Shown here: positions 37,461-50,912 of the stretch, in pieces
How the letters are laid out: each line of letters opens with the position of its first letter
How positions within the stretch are numbered: the first letter of the stretch is position 1
DNA from: Azolla caroliniana
Lineage: Eukaryota > Plantae > Polypodiophyta
Direction of reading: 5' to 3'
NCBI GenBank assembly: GCA_043228905.1
Contig: JBHGNT010000013.1
Span: 4,402,001-4,466,000 of the forward strand
DNA length: 64,000 nt
Notes under the pieces: generated by a model
Told to the model about the DNA's origin: nothing
Seen by the model: only the letters and a program-made list of their open reading frames with translations
The model's database searches: none
Translations under genes and position numbers: made by a program

Positions 37461-40400
37461 CGTCAAGATTCGAACTCTTAACACGACCATGTTATAATAT
37501 AGTATCATGGGTTAACCATTATATCTATTACACAGTTATATATGTAATTGGTCCTTATTGTTTTGCTAGCATCATGTGCATAGTTGCTCCCTTGTAGTAT
37601 TTACACTTGGCACATGCATGCATACCTACATGCTCTATTGTAGATTCACATGTGTGCAACAAGTATGCATGCCATGTATTCTAAATAGAGGAGTTCACCT
37701 TGAAGGAATTCAAGGTGAACAACACCAGTTATGGAGTCTTTTCGTTAATACTACTCATCCATTTGTCTATCTTCTTCTTGTCTCTTCAGCTTATGATCTA
37801 TCCGTGACAGTTTGTTCACCTTCCCATCCTCATAGCTCTCCCTCTCATAAGCCATAGCTATGTCCGACTCAACTAGTGAGTTAGGCCAAATAATGGTAGC
37901 TTTACGACAACTCTAGCTTGAAAATGAAGCTCTTCGAAATTCTTTACAAGAACTTCAAGTCGGTGCCTCCCTATCCTCACAACCCCCGAAGCCTAGTCTC
38001 CCATAGCAACCTAGCCCAGAGCCCGATCTTCTACCAGCATCTAGCCTAGCTTCGTCACATTTTCTTGAGCCTAAGGTTAGCCTCCCAGAAAAATTTGATG
38101 GAAAGAGGTTGCATTTCCAAGGGTTCATCAACCAAGTGTGGGCTCACCTCCCATTAGGGCTTTGTGTGGGCTCACACCAGGAGGAGCTCGCCTTTTACCT
38201 CATCGCATCTCCTCGACATCCGATGGTCTTAGGACTAACGTGGTTGGAGGCGCGCACAATCCAATAATGGATTGGTGCAACCGCTTGATCACATTTAGCA
38301 AGCCAGGATGCTCGTGCAAAAGTATGAAGGTAAATTCAGTTTCCCATACTTCGGAGAAGGTCGATTCTGATTTGACTACCCCATCATCGGTCTAGGATGG
38401 GTTTGTTAGTGGCGCCGTTTCTAGCACACTCCATGTTATTCTCGACAAATACCAACACTTCTCCGACGTATTTGAAAAATGTAATGTTAATCGTTTGCTT
38501 GAACACCGGCTCTACGATTGTCCGATTGATCTCCAAGAAGGTGCGTGTCCACCCTTTGGTCCTCTATATGCGTTGTCTGCACCAGAGTTGAAGGCCCTTC
38601 ATGTGTATCTCGATGAGAACCTCGAGAAAGGATTTATTCAACCTTCTAAGTCACCAACCGGGGCCCCCATTTTATTTGTGAAGAAGAAGGACGACTCTCT
38701 ACGCTTATGCGTCGACTACCGAGGTCTCAACAAACTCACTGTGCACAACCGCTATCCGCTACCTTTGATCCCCGAACTCCTTGATCGGCTCCAAGTTGTG
38801 TGTGTCTTCTCCAAAGTTAATCTGCGTGAAGTGTACAATCTAGTTCGCATCAAGCCGGGGGATGAATGGAAAACCGCATTTCGAACACGGTATGGGCATT
38901 TCGAATACAAGGTAATGCCTTTTGGTCTTACTAACACTCCAACATTTTTTCAACATATGATGAATGATATATTCCGGGAATATCTTGATCTTTTTGTTGT
39001 CATTTACCTCAATGATATTCTCATTTTCTCGCCAAACATGGAGGAGCACACTCGCCAAGTCCTATTAGTTCTTGCCAAAATTCGTGAGCATGGCCTTTAT
39101 GCCAAAGGCGAGAAATGCGAGTTCGACCGTACCTCGATCGAATTTCTGGGCTACATCATCTCGCCCACTGGCATCACCATGGATATGAAGAAGGTCTCTG
39201 TCATTCAAGCCTGGGCGACTCCAAGGCGACTTAAAGATGTGCAATCCTTCCTCGGCTTCGCGAATTTTTACCGTCGCTTCATCAAGAGGTTTTCCACCCC
39301 AGCACAACCTCTTATCGCTCTCACCCGTCAAGGCACTCCATTTTTATGGACCTCGGAGGCGCAAAATGCGTTCGACTCACTCAAACACACATTAATCATT
39401 GCCGCGGTGCTACTACATGCCGACCCCACAAAACCCTTCCAAGTCGAAACCGGTGCCTCTGACTTCGCCATTGGTGCCATCTTATCCCAAGCAGACGACA
39501 CCAACCTAATGCACCCAGTGGCTTACTACTCCCGGAAATTCACGGCATCCGAAATCAATTATCCCATATACGACAGGGAGCTTGCTGCTATCATTGCTGC
39601 CTTTGAAAAATGGTGACCCTACTTGGCCGGCGCACAACATCGTGTCCAAGTAGTGACTGATCATAAAAATTTAGTTTATTTTTCCACCACTCGTACTTTG
39701 AATCGAAGGCAAGCCCGGTGGTCGACATTTCTCGCCGACTACGATTTTGAGATCGTATTTCGACCTGGTGACCAACATGGGAAGGCCGATGCCCTTTCTT
39801 GCCAAGCTGACCTTGCACTTCGCCCTGGGGATGTTGCTTATGCTCAACCATCTAGACGTTTGTTGAAACCCAACCAATTGCATCTTTTTGCCACTTGTAT
39901 GTTGTAGGATGATTCATTACTCCAACAGATCACTGATGCATCCAAGACCAATGCGTTCGCCAACGAGATTCGAGATAGTCTGCAAAACCCCTCCAAGGCG
40001 ACCAAAAGGAAGGATCTTGACACCTTCACCATACAAGAGGGTTTGTTGTTCCGAGATCATCTCTTATACGTCCCAGAGGGCCCATGTCGCACCCGGGTGT
40101 TGCGGGAATGCCACGATGACCCACTTGCACGTCATTTCGGGGTCGCGAAAACCCTCGAGCTAATTTCTCGAGGGTATTGGTGGCCACAACCATGGAAGTT
40201 GGTCAAAGAATACATAAAGAGTTGTGAGGTTTGTGCTCACTCCAAAGCCATTCATCATCGGCCATACGGCTTACTACAGCCGCTTCCATGTCCTCGTCGT
40301 CCCTGGGCCTCTATCTCTATGAACCTGATAACTTATCTACCCTTGGTCAATAGCTATGACTCGGTGTTGGTCGTTGTCGATCGGTTTACGAAGATGGCTC

Positions 40401-41746
40401 ACTTCACTCCATGCTCCAAAACCATTTCCAGAGAAGGAATGGTGCATCTACTACTCAACAATGTGGTATGCTTGCATGGACTCCCCGATGATGTCATCTC
40501 CGATCGCGGACCCCAATTTGTCTCTCACTTCTAGCAGCGCCTGCTACAAACTTTAAGCATCTCTGTCAAGTTCTCATCTGCTTATCCCCCCCAAACTGAT
40601 GGGCAAATGGAGCGTGTCAACCAAATCCTTGAGCAGTATCTTCGGTGCTCTATTAGTTACCAACAAGATGATTGGGTCAACTTACTTTCGCTTGCGGAAT
40701 TCGCCTACAATAATTCTCTCCATGCATCGACTAGCATCACTCCCTTCTTTGCCAACTATGGTTTACATCCTCGCTTCAACATTTCCCTTCCTACCACTTC
40801 CGTGAACCCTTCGGCGGAGGATCGTGCTCACATTTTGGAAGAACTACATCATGATTTATCCTTGGAGCTTAGTCTTGCTAGTGAACGATACAAGCAGCAG
40901 GCTGATCGCCATCGATCTACCACTCCACACTTTGTCGTTGGAGACATGGTCTGGTTGTTACGTCGACACATCTCTACTACTCGTCCCTATGCGAAACTTG
41001 ATTACAAGAAGTTAGGACCATTCCATATCATCGAGTGCATCAATCTCGTCGCCTTCCGGCTCGCCCTTCCATCCCACTTCCGGATTCATGATGTTTTTCA
41101 AGTCTCCCTCCTCGAACCCCATTATGCTTCACAACTCCTAGGATGTCAGGCCCCTCCATCACCACATGTGTAATTGACGACAGGGGAGGAATACGAGGTC
41201 GACCAAATCCTTGACTCACGTTGGCACCATCGACACTTGCAATACCTTGTCCTATGGAGGGGTTACCCTATGTCTGAGGCCACGTGGGAACCATAGGAAA
41301 ATTTACAAAATGCCCCAAAGGTTGTCCAAGATTTTCATCACCGATATCCCCACAAACCAGTGGCCGATTTGGGAAGGCGGCGTCAGAGGGGAGATAATGT
41401 CAAGATTCGAACTCTTGACACGACCATGTTATAATATAGTATCATGGATTAACCATTATATCTAGTACACAATTATGTATGTAATTGTTCCTTATTGTTT
41501 TGCTAGCATCATGTGCATAGTTGCTCCCTTGTAGTATTTACACTTGGCACATGCATGCATACCTACATGCTCTATTGTAGATTCACATGCGTGCAACAAG
41601 TATGCATGCCATGTAGTATAAATAGAGGAGTTCACCTTGAAGGAATTCAAGGTGAACAACACCAATTATGGAGTTTTTCCGTTAATACTACTCATCCATT
41701 TGTCTATCTTCTTCTTGTCTCTTGAACTTATGATCTATCCGTGACA
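37461..41746 (+). mobile_element. Chromovirus Ty3/gypsy (Tcn1/Tf1-like) with an internal gag-protease deletion
   Basis: 349-bp LTRs at 37461-37809 and 41398-41746; perfect TSD GTGGG; PPT AGAGGGGAGA. RT motif CVDYRGLN…VIYLNDIL, RNase H, integrase with GPF motif, and chromodomain [11 protein letters not shown]…YLVLWRGY…TWEP. Confidence 0.93.
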
Positions 41747-43027
41747 GTGGGGGGCATGCATACGGGGGTGCAGGGGTCAGAGTTAGTTGCATGGGATTTG
41801 TTGATGGGCAGAATGGGAGTGAAAGAATTGTGAGGTCTAAGGAAAGAGAGGTGAGATTAAGAAGAGCGATAATAGCTACCCAAAGAATGCTTCAGAAAAA
41901 TCCCAAGTGTCAATGGTCAAGATCAAGTTTGGAGGTTGCTAAAGAAACACTACAACGGTTTATTGTGTCTAGAAATAAGATGGTATTCAGGAGTTAAGCA
42001 ACTTGGTGGAGTAGGAATGGGGATAAGGTGAACCAACAATTTTTAAGTTTAGAAAACTAAGAACAAATGGTAGCTACAATCCTAAGCTGATTAAGAAGGA
42101 TGGTTCACTGTAAGACGATGTATTGGAGATCATGGAGGCAGTCATAACTCACTATACTGGGCTACTCTCAAAAGTTATAGTCTCTTAGACCAGCCGTCAT
42201 TGACAGAATTTGTATTGGAGGGAATGCAACCAAGAATTTCAGAGGTTGCACAAGTTAAGTTGCTAAGGCCTCTCTTGGAAGAGGAGATGTCAGACGCGTT
42301 GGCAAGTATATGTAGCATGTCTTGTCTAGGCGTCGACGGATTATCAAAAGATTTGTTTGAATTTTTTTGGGAAGTGATTAAGGTTGATCTTGTTGCTGGT
42401 CTAAATGAGGCATGGGATGTTGGGTGTCTCCCTGAGCATTTTAAGGAGGGGGGTAATATTTCTAATTCCTAAGGTACATGGTATAGTAACGGATGTGAGG
42501 CAATGGAGACCGATTATGTTGCTCAACACAATCTATAAGATTTTTGCAAATATTCTGGACAAGACGGTCAAACCCCACTTACATGCGCTAATTAATGTTG
42601 GACAAACAAGATTCATGGAAAATAGATGTATAATTGATAATGTGTTGACCTTTTGGGAGGCAATTGCCTTAGCAAAGAATACCAAGCAACATATTTCATG
42701 TCTCATGCTTGACTTCGAGAAGGCATATGATAGAGTATAGTGGCCTTTTTTAGATAAAGTCATGGAGCGGTTGGGACTACCCTCAAAATGGATATCAGTT
42801 GCGTTTGCCCTTTACAAAGGAAGCTTGAGTAGGGTGTTGGTGTTAGGGCAACGGGGCCCATCAATTCCATTATTGCAGGTATGTCCGGTAGGGGTGCCTA
42901 TTGGCCCCCTATCTTTATTTATTTATTTCAGAGGCATTCTCTTTCTTTTTAAATAGACCGAATGCAGGAATTCGGGGATTGGTTGTCCCACATGCTTGCA
43001 AGGACTTGTTGGGACTCCATGTATGCA

Positions 43028-43464
43028 TGTTAATAATTAGGTAATTAAGCAAGGGTTAATTAGTACCTAATTATGTGATTAAGTTAAGTGGAAGATTAAG
43101 TGATATATGTGTGTATGTGTGTGAGAGGAAGAGAGAGAGAAGTACACTTATGAGCAACACAAGATGGGGGATGATTAACTCTATATTAAATTAGCATGAT
43201 GATCATCAAATACGAAAATACCCACAATGAGGTATACATACATCTCATGTGCAAAGGTGCACATGTATGAGTAGAATATACGTACTAAGGTGTAAGTCCT
43301 ATATTAAATGTACTTAGGAGTGGAGGATCTAGCATATCCCACTTAAGTACAAGGTCCTATTTAAGGCGTTATAGTCAACACTTCTAACTAGATTCTATCT
43401 AGGTAACTACGAAGTTACATGGTTGACTAACTAACTAAACTAAGTTGACCTTGATCTCTCAACA
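43028..43464. mobile_element. Solo LTR (437 bp) inserted in the LINE RT YADD-equivalent motif
   Basis: TGTT…CAACA termini; perfect TSD ATGCA. Confidence 0.88.
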
Positions 43465-46039
43465 ATGCAAATGACACTATGCTCTATCTGCAAGGCAATG
43501 ATGCTAATTTACAACAGGCTGAAAAACGAATTGAGTTGTTTTGTAAAGCATCCGGTGGGAAAATTAATTGGAACAAAAGTAGAGGGTTTTGGGTAAGTCC
43601 TAACTCATGGCCGCTTTGGCGCCCTAATGCTAATTTTCAATGGGTCCCTAATGGAAGGGTTGTTAAATATTTGGGCTTTTTGGTGGGAGTTGAGATTCAA
43701 AAAAATCATCAGCTTGAGCAAGTGAAAGACAAAACTAGAAAAAAGCTTCGGTTATAGGCATCAGTAAAGCTTTCCCTTGCAGGTAGAGTGGTTGTGGTAA
43801 ACCACATTTTGTTGACCACCATGTGGTACTCGTTGGCATGCTAGATGTTAGATAAAGATTGCATCAAAAACATTAAGGCAATGGTGAGAGGGTTCTTTTG
43901 GTCGGGTAGAGACCACGAGATGGCGTCAGCTAAAGTGGCCTGGAGTTGTTTGATCAAGGCAAAAAGTCAAGGTGGGCTTGGGATGGTCGATCCGGTTCAC
44001 CAAAGTAAGGTTTTACTCGCTAAGCTCCTGGTGCGAAGTCTCCAACCTGAACCAAAATTGTGGAAGTTGCTTCTTAGGGACAGAGCTGGACTTTGGTGTC
44101 CAAGCAATGGCGGCCCTTGGAAGGCAAAGAAGTGGTGGTTGTTCAGTCCAGGCCTAAAGTTAAAAGAACCAACTAGCATGGAGGATAGGGTGGCCCGCAC
44201 CATTATGAGGGCCTGGTCAAGTTTGAAAGAGGGGTTGGTCTTAATGTAGCCAAAAACGATGTTGGAACACCTCCGTCAACCACTATTCTAGAACCCCAGG
44301 ATTCTAAACGATGACAGTATGATGCTTGGCCAAAAAAAATACTTGCCATGGGAACAAATGGAAGGGTACAATGTTTGTTCAGTAAGAGACTAGGAGATTT
44401 TCAAAAGGAAAAGAAGGGAGGGTCTGGTTGGTGGTACTAAGTTTACTGGCAGGCTGGAAAAGGGGGTATGGTTTGGGTGGTTTGTAGGTGAGGGCGATGC
44501 ACAAATTATCCGGGGCAGGTGCCCATCTAATGAGTATCGTTTGTGGGGAAACCTAACTGCTTTGGCAAGCAATGGCCAGTGGTTGGTAGTGTGAGTGGCA
44601 GTGTTGGAAGGTAAGAAGTGGCAAGTAAACCCGGACCCAGGGAAGTTGGAATCTGATTGTAAGCTTTGGATAGTTGACAACAAGCACGTATATGAGTTGG
44701 ATTGGGACCCACTAGAGGTGTGGTGACAGAAACTAGGAACAGACAAAATGGAACGGTTTTTCGAGTACACTACTAAGCTGGGAAGGCAAATCATTGGCTC
44801 TAAATATATGGGTGCTTCTCTAACTTGTAATAGTTGGAAGGATAAAGGCATTTCGATGACTTGTTGAAGTCGTTTCGGAGGAGACTATGGGCGTTCGATA
44901 TGCCAGAAAAAATAAAGCTTTGGTTGTGGCTTCTTAGTCATAAAGCGATACCGGTGGGGGAGTGGCTCAAGTGTTGTGGTGGTGAGGCTAGTTGCAAGAT
45001 ATGTGGACACCCTTTGGAATCAATTCCTCACTGTTTTTGGAATTGCGGAGAGGCTATTAACATTTGGGGTAGAAGTCTCAGGATAGTGGCAGCATGCGGC
45101 ATGAATGGGAGAGTGGTATGGGGGTCCGTACAGGGACTGAAGTTAACAAGGGAAAGCTGGGCTGAACAGTTAAACCCCCATGGTCATGGATTTATAGTGT
45201 AGGGTGGCAAGGTGTTTCAACGTGCTGGAGTTCGACCTGGCACTAACTCGGAATTTTTTGAAGAGATATGGATGATGGTGGCTTGTTTATCGGTCCGGCA
45301 CATTTGGACCAGGAATTGTAAGTTTGTTTTTCAACAGCAAAAGATCCCTAGCGGTGAGGTGTTGTTAACTATCTGGTTCAAGCTAGTATCTTGGTTGCGG
45401 GGACAATACGACTCGATTCAGGGGGAATCTGATGCAGCTCAAAGAGCTCGATCAAAGTTCCTGCTTAAATGGGGTAGTTCTCCTATGGTAGGCAGATCAT
45501 CATCAAGGCCTAAACGGAACAACCAAGCATCCCGATGGTTGTTTCCCCCAATAGCTTCCATCAATGCCCAGGTGATGTAACTATGTATAGATATGGTACA
45601 AATTACTAGGTTATAGGAGTTGTGGATACTTTTGTTATAAATGAGGTGGGGACTATGACCACTTTGGTGAGAAGGCCAGAGTGAGGGTTGTTGAATTTTT
45701 GGTGGTCTATGATGTAACTATTTGCTAACTAATGCGAAGTAGTGTTTTTTGTGGAAAAAAAGAAGAAGCTATAAACTACGCATGGGTTTAAACAAATTCT
45801 CCTATAGCTAACTTATTAAAGAACATATACTTGTGGGAATCTAATGCTCATCCACTCAAATTTTCTTCCTTTTAACCAAACTCCATATCATATTTATGTG
45901 TAAGCTTTGTATAAAACATAAAACAACAACTAACATAGAAACAATGAATATAATATCATCTCATATTTTCCAAACCATGTGTGTCACATGATACACGAGT
46001 TTATGCATGGGAAGTTGTGATCCCTTGAGGAAAACAAAG

Positions 46040-46240
46040 TTATTTTGTTCATAAGTAAAATAAACATGTTAATCTAGACATTTTGTGCCCATGATTGATC
46101 CAATATCTTGGGATCTTTTATAATTTAAACCAAGCTATTTTGTTCATAAGAATAGGAGTAATTCCCGTAAAATAAACATGTTAATAAAGACCTTTTGCGC
46201 CCATGATTGATCCAATATCTTGGGATCTTATATAATTTAA
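46040..46240. repeat. Local tandem duplication of about 100 bp downstream of the first PAP gene
   Basis: TATTTTGTTCATAAG…CCCATGATTGATCCAATATCTTGGGATCTT occurs twice. Confidence 0.75.
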
Positions 46241-46605
46241 TTCCAAGGTTCCATTACTTCAGGGAATCTTATATAAATTTACCATTAATGTTTTTGCATT
46301 CTTACATACAAAATAATCCAAATATCATACACCTTTAATTGTTTGACAATTTTATTCAAATGAACGTTCTGTACAAGGGTACAAACACATCATCACTTCA
46401 AAATGAGATAATGAGCATTCATAACTTACAAGATGACAAAGTTATTCCCAACAATGAGGTTTTATTATCGCTTCTCATGGAACATAATTAATATGCAAGC
46501 AATATTCACCACATGTTAACATTACATCTGAGATTATATAAAAGATTGTTTGGAATCATTTTTGTTGTAGTTCGTTAAGTTATAGTAGCTCATAAAAATG
46601 AAGAC

Positions 46606-49326
46606 TTAGGAGGTCCAATATTGGTTAGAAAGCCAAAGAGAGTCGGCCTTGACAGCTACACCATCTTGATTACGGTGCCAGTAATAATATGCATGTGTCC
46701 TATTCTTTATCTCAAGCATGGCATGTCCAAAGCTAGCCTCACGGAATGCTGAATATGCCGGTTGTGGCTCGGTAAACCTATAAAACAAACCCATAAAGTC
46801 ATATATAATGAAATACATGTTATGGACATCTCAAATTCAAATTCAAATTCAAAACATAGAGGAAGACAAGAGAATTACTCTCCGGCAAGACCCTCGGCAT
46901 TTCCACCATCCCCAACCACTACGTAAACGGGTGCAGAGGGGTTTGCTTTTGGGGTGCAATTCCCATTCACAATGTTGTAGTTTATGTTGGAAAAGCGATA
47001 CTGCATAAAAAGCTCCCAATTTAGTGAAGATCCAACCAAAAAGTTCAACTTCTTTCTTTGTCAATTCAAAGTTTTACGTTGAATGGCATGAAACCTTAGG
47101 CTTTTATTAAAACAAAACATCATGTGTTGCAATCTCAAAGCAATACTCACTGTTCTTTCATATGCATGAACATGGCCGGCAAATACAATGTCCACCTTGG
47201 CTTTTACCAACCATGATTCGAATTGGACACGCATTGTTTCACCCTCCATATAATGATATTCATTGCTATTATACCATGGGGAATGCAACAAAACAATGAG
47301 CCACGGGGTCTTTGTCCTATCTACCGAAGCTAGCTCCTGCTTGAGCCAAACATATTGTGGGGTATATTTGCCTACATAAAAACTCATTGAATGTGAGCCT
47401 ACACAAGTCTATTCATAGTTTTATCAAATATGGTAGAGAAGTGTAGTATAGTACTAACCATATGCTGAATAAGACGAAAGAACAATGATATGAGCAGATG
47501 CTCTCTTGATGGAGTACCACAAGGGTGATGTGCTATTTGAGGCTTTATATGGAACTCGAAAACGGTTCAAGTACGGCTTGAATGCATCAACCTCTCCCTA
47601 ATTGACAAAATCACCAGAAAAGAACCATTGAATTTAAAGGACAATTTGAAATACCCACAAGTGCTTATTTATTTTCCTAAATTCCTCTCAAGTTTTTGTT
47701 TTTTCCCAAATGCCCTTGGTTTAGTCCCTCTTGTACAAATAAATATGTTATTGGTGTGATTGTAAGGTCAGGTTACCCCAATATGCACTTTTTAGATTGT
47801 TTATAAACATAGACTAACCAACTCAGGTGCAAAATCAAGTTCATGGTTTCCAGCTGTCCAAATCCAAGGTTGATACGCCGTGCTTCGTTCGACAAACCGG
47901 CTCCAAGTATCCCATCGGTTGTTGTCATGGAATGGGTAGATGTCTGCATAGGAAAAATCACCTACGTATAGAAGGGTGTCACCATTTGATTTCATGTAAT
48001 GGTCAAGTGTTTTGTTGGAATCAAATGTTTGACCAAGGTCACCTATAAAAAACAACGTGTATGAGTGAGTTGCTTGTCACTAGTATTTCTTTGAAGAATC
48101 TCATCTACATCTCATCACTATTATCATAGACAAAAAAAGAGTGTACTCCTTTGCACATGTTATGAGTAAACACCAAATACAAACTTTCTAAGGGATTCAA
48201 TGACTTCAACATAAAACATAACCCTTAAGTTTCATTAATTTAAAAGAAATGGATTTTTTTTTATAAATTTTGATTTTTCATACCAATAATCCCAAAAGTG
48301 TAGGGAGTATCAGGACCAATAGGTGGAGGTGTCTTAAACCAAAACTCTCGAGCAGAGGATCCCTCACCTAACTTGTAGTAATATTTTGCATTAAGCTGCA
48401 AGAAGATGTCCAAACATCAACAATGAAACTATCAATTAAGACAACAAATCTTTGGGTTTTGAGTCTTATTAGTAACAATTGAGCATCAAGTTGCAAATGT
48501 GTACACACCTTGAGGTTGTCAATTCTACAATGATGAATGAAACCTGATGTGTAGTTGTAGAATGTGTATCTTGAAACTTTGCCTTTTTTACTGTAACTAT
48601 ACTTTCCTGATTCAAGGCCATACTGTACAACACTAGATCCTGGTTTTGAAGGTGTAGTCCATGATATAAAGACTGCCTTTCCAATGAGGTCCCCTTGTGT
48701 GATATGAACCTGAATTCCAAAAGGTATCCTTCAATGTATAATCAGAATAGTGCCCAGTATATACATTGGATAATGTAAACACAATCAAAACAAGATTATC
48801 AAATATGAATCTAAATATTGACACATGAATAGGTCAACAATGTACATTATTGTCTATGTCCATACCAATGAAACTCTTATTTCTGCTTATAATGACTATA
48901 AGATATGAACCAAAGAGGAAATAAACTATAAATTAGAAAAACATCGAAAACAAAATGGAAACATGAATTTTGACACATCTATACCTATATACATGTAGTC
49001 TTTCACATATAGAATGCACAGCTTTCATACATTACATATGGTACATGGTTTTGAAGATTTAATAATTTTGGACCCATGAGATTTGGTAGAAGTGATGAAC
49101 ACATACTTTATGTACAATATATTATAGGACAAGATAAAAAAATATTTGCCTGTTGTGGAGCATTGTAGCCTTGGGGAACTTTGAAAACGTCACTATCCAA
49201 AGGCATGTCCACCGTTGCTGCTAATTTGCGTCTATATGAGCTTGTCACCCCACCGTGCACGCATAGCGTGAAAGTGGACACAACTAACATTCCGTAAAAC
49301 ATGAGAAGAAGGTGCTTGCTTGTCAT
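46606..49326 (-). CDS. PAP: Purple acid phosphatase (PAP10/12/26-like group), 455 aa, 8 exons
   Basis: Exons 49150-49326, 48509-48709, 48284-48395, 47819-48042, 47459-47597, 47151-47371, 46879-47000 and 46606-46777. Metal motifs GDLG, GDFSY, GNHE, VLLH and GHVH. Hydrophobic signal-peptide-like N-terminus. Confidence 0.95.
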
Positions 49327-50912
49327 TGTGTCCCTAAAAAAGGAGACAAAATATTTACCTTAGGATACTTGGTTATGCCATATAAATTTGAAGGCACTTT
49401 GAGCTTATATTTTTACTTCCTTAAAAGAGCTTAATCATTGAACATGAAAGACATATCTGTCTCTAAATTGCAAGAGTTTAGTCTTACCCGATGGAGAATA
49501 GAAGGAAGATGGGCAAATAGAATTACTAATGAATTGATTACATGGTTGAGAGATAGAGCTCTACTTATATAGATTTGATTCATCCTATTTGTAATATATC
49601 CACAAGTATATTCTAGCACAAAAAGTCAAACTATTAAATAATTCTAAGTTTAAAGGAAGACTAAGTGATAGTAATATATCAAACAACAAACTGTCGAGCA
49701 ATTCCAAGCCTAATGGAGAAGCCTCGTAGAGCATAAACAAAGAGCTAATTTCCATAATGTGAAAACGGAAACAATTGTAATTTGTAAAATGTAAAGAAAG
49801 TAAAAGAATAAGCTTTTTACTTCTCCTTCATTTCTTAGTCAATTTCTTAGCTAGAGCTTTCCTCTCGATCTCATGTTCTTTCATCGTGTTAGCCCTAATC
49901 TTGGCCTACTTCCATATGTGTCAAGTTTAAGGTCACAATGCCTAAGAGAGTATCATAGCCATAGTTCGTGTTTTGTTATGCTATCAAGTGGTGTTTAAAA
50001 TTTTCTAATGAGCACAAAGTGGTCATTGTATGGGATATATTTTGTCAACCCTTTTTATTGCCATGTATCTATGTGCACGTTGAAGTGTCATTTTCAACTT
50101 GTTCAATTCACTATACATAACAACTTATCCTCACATCAATCTCCTCCACAAATATGCTAAGTATATTCGAGGAATCCCTACTAAATATGCTTCATGGCCA
50201 CGATGGTTTTTTCCTTTTCTTGCTTCCTTGAGAGTTTTTCTACAATGGATTCTCTTGGAAGCAATCTTTTCAAATGGCCTTCTTTTGTGTGGATAATTTC
50301 ATTCAATCCATTGAACATGATCTAAAGACATATTTAAATAAAGTATGTATACTTTACCAAAACAATAACTTGTAATTAACAACTATACTCTTGTCGGCAT
50401 GCAACATTTATTTGTTAAAATTTTGTTTCCATTATTTTCTTCATTCCATATCAAGGTTATAAGCTCATGGAAAATAGTGCTTCCTTGGGTAAAACAAAGT
50501 TGCACCAAATTTTAGAACAAAGTAAATTTGTTTGTCAAAATGGCACACCCTCAAGATTTTGTGAGCATGGTTGGTTCACCCACCTTCAAGGTTCCAATGG
50601 TTTAGAAAATTCTTATATTAAATTCTCTTACATACAAAGGTTGACGTATCATATAACCCTATGTAGTAAGAGAACCGGTATTCATTCAAATATATTAATG
50701 TTCTCAAATAATAGTTTTGTACAAGAAACCAAGAAAGTCATCTAGAAGTGAGATGACATCCATTACTCGCGAGTCGCAGCATCTAATAAAGAGATCCATA
50801 AATGTTGAAATTTCGGATTGTTTTTTACATGGAAAAAGTTTATTGTGGTTGTTTTGAGGCATTTTGTAATTGCATTTCATTTGTGACATCCCATTGATGA
50901 AAGGGATTTTCC

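Larger units (their letters stand above)
33464..45766 (+). mobile_element. Full-length degenerate L1-like LINE with three nested LTR insertions
   Basis: 12-bp TSD AGCTATAAACTA (33452-33463 and 45767-45778); A-rich tail. ORF1 has CFYCKKKGHIAKEC. ORF2 has endonuclease (LITWNIQGL, GDFN), RT (WRPIMLLN, LDFEKAYDRV, KYLG) and zf-RVT (CKICG…ESIPHCFWNC). Confidence 0.92.
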
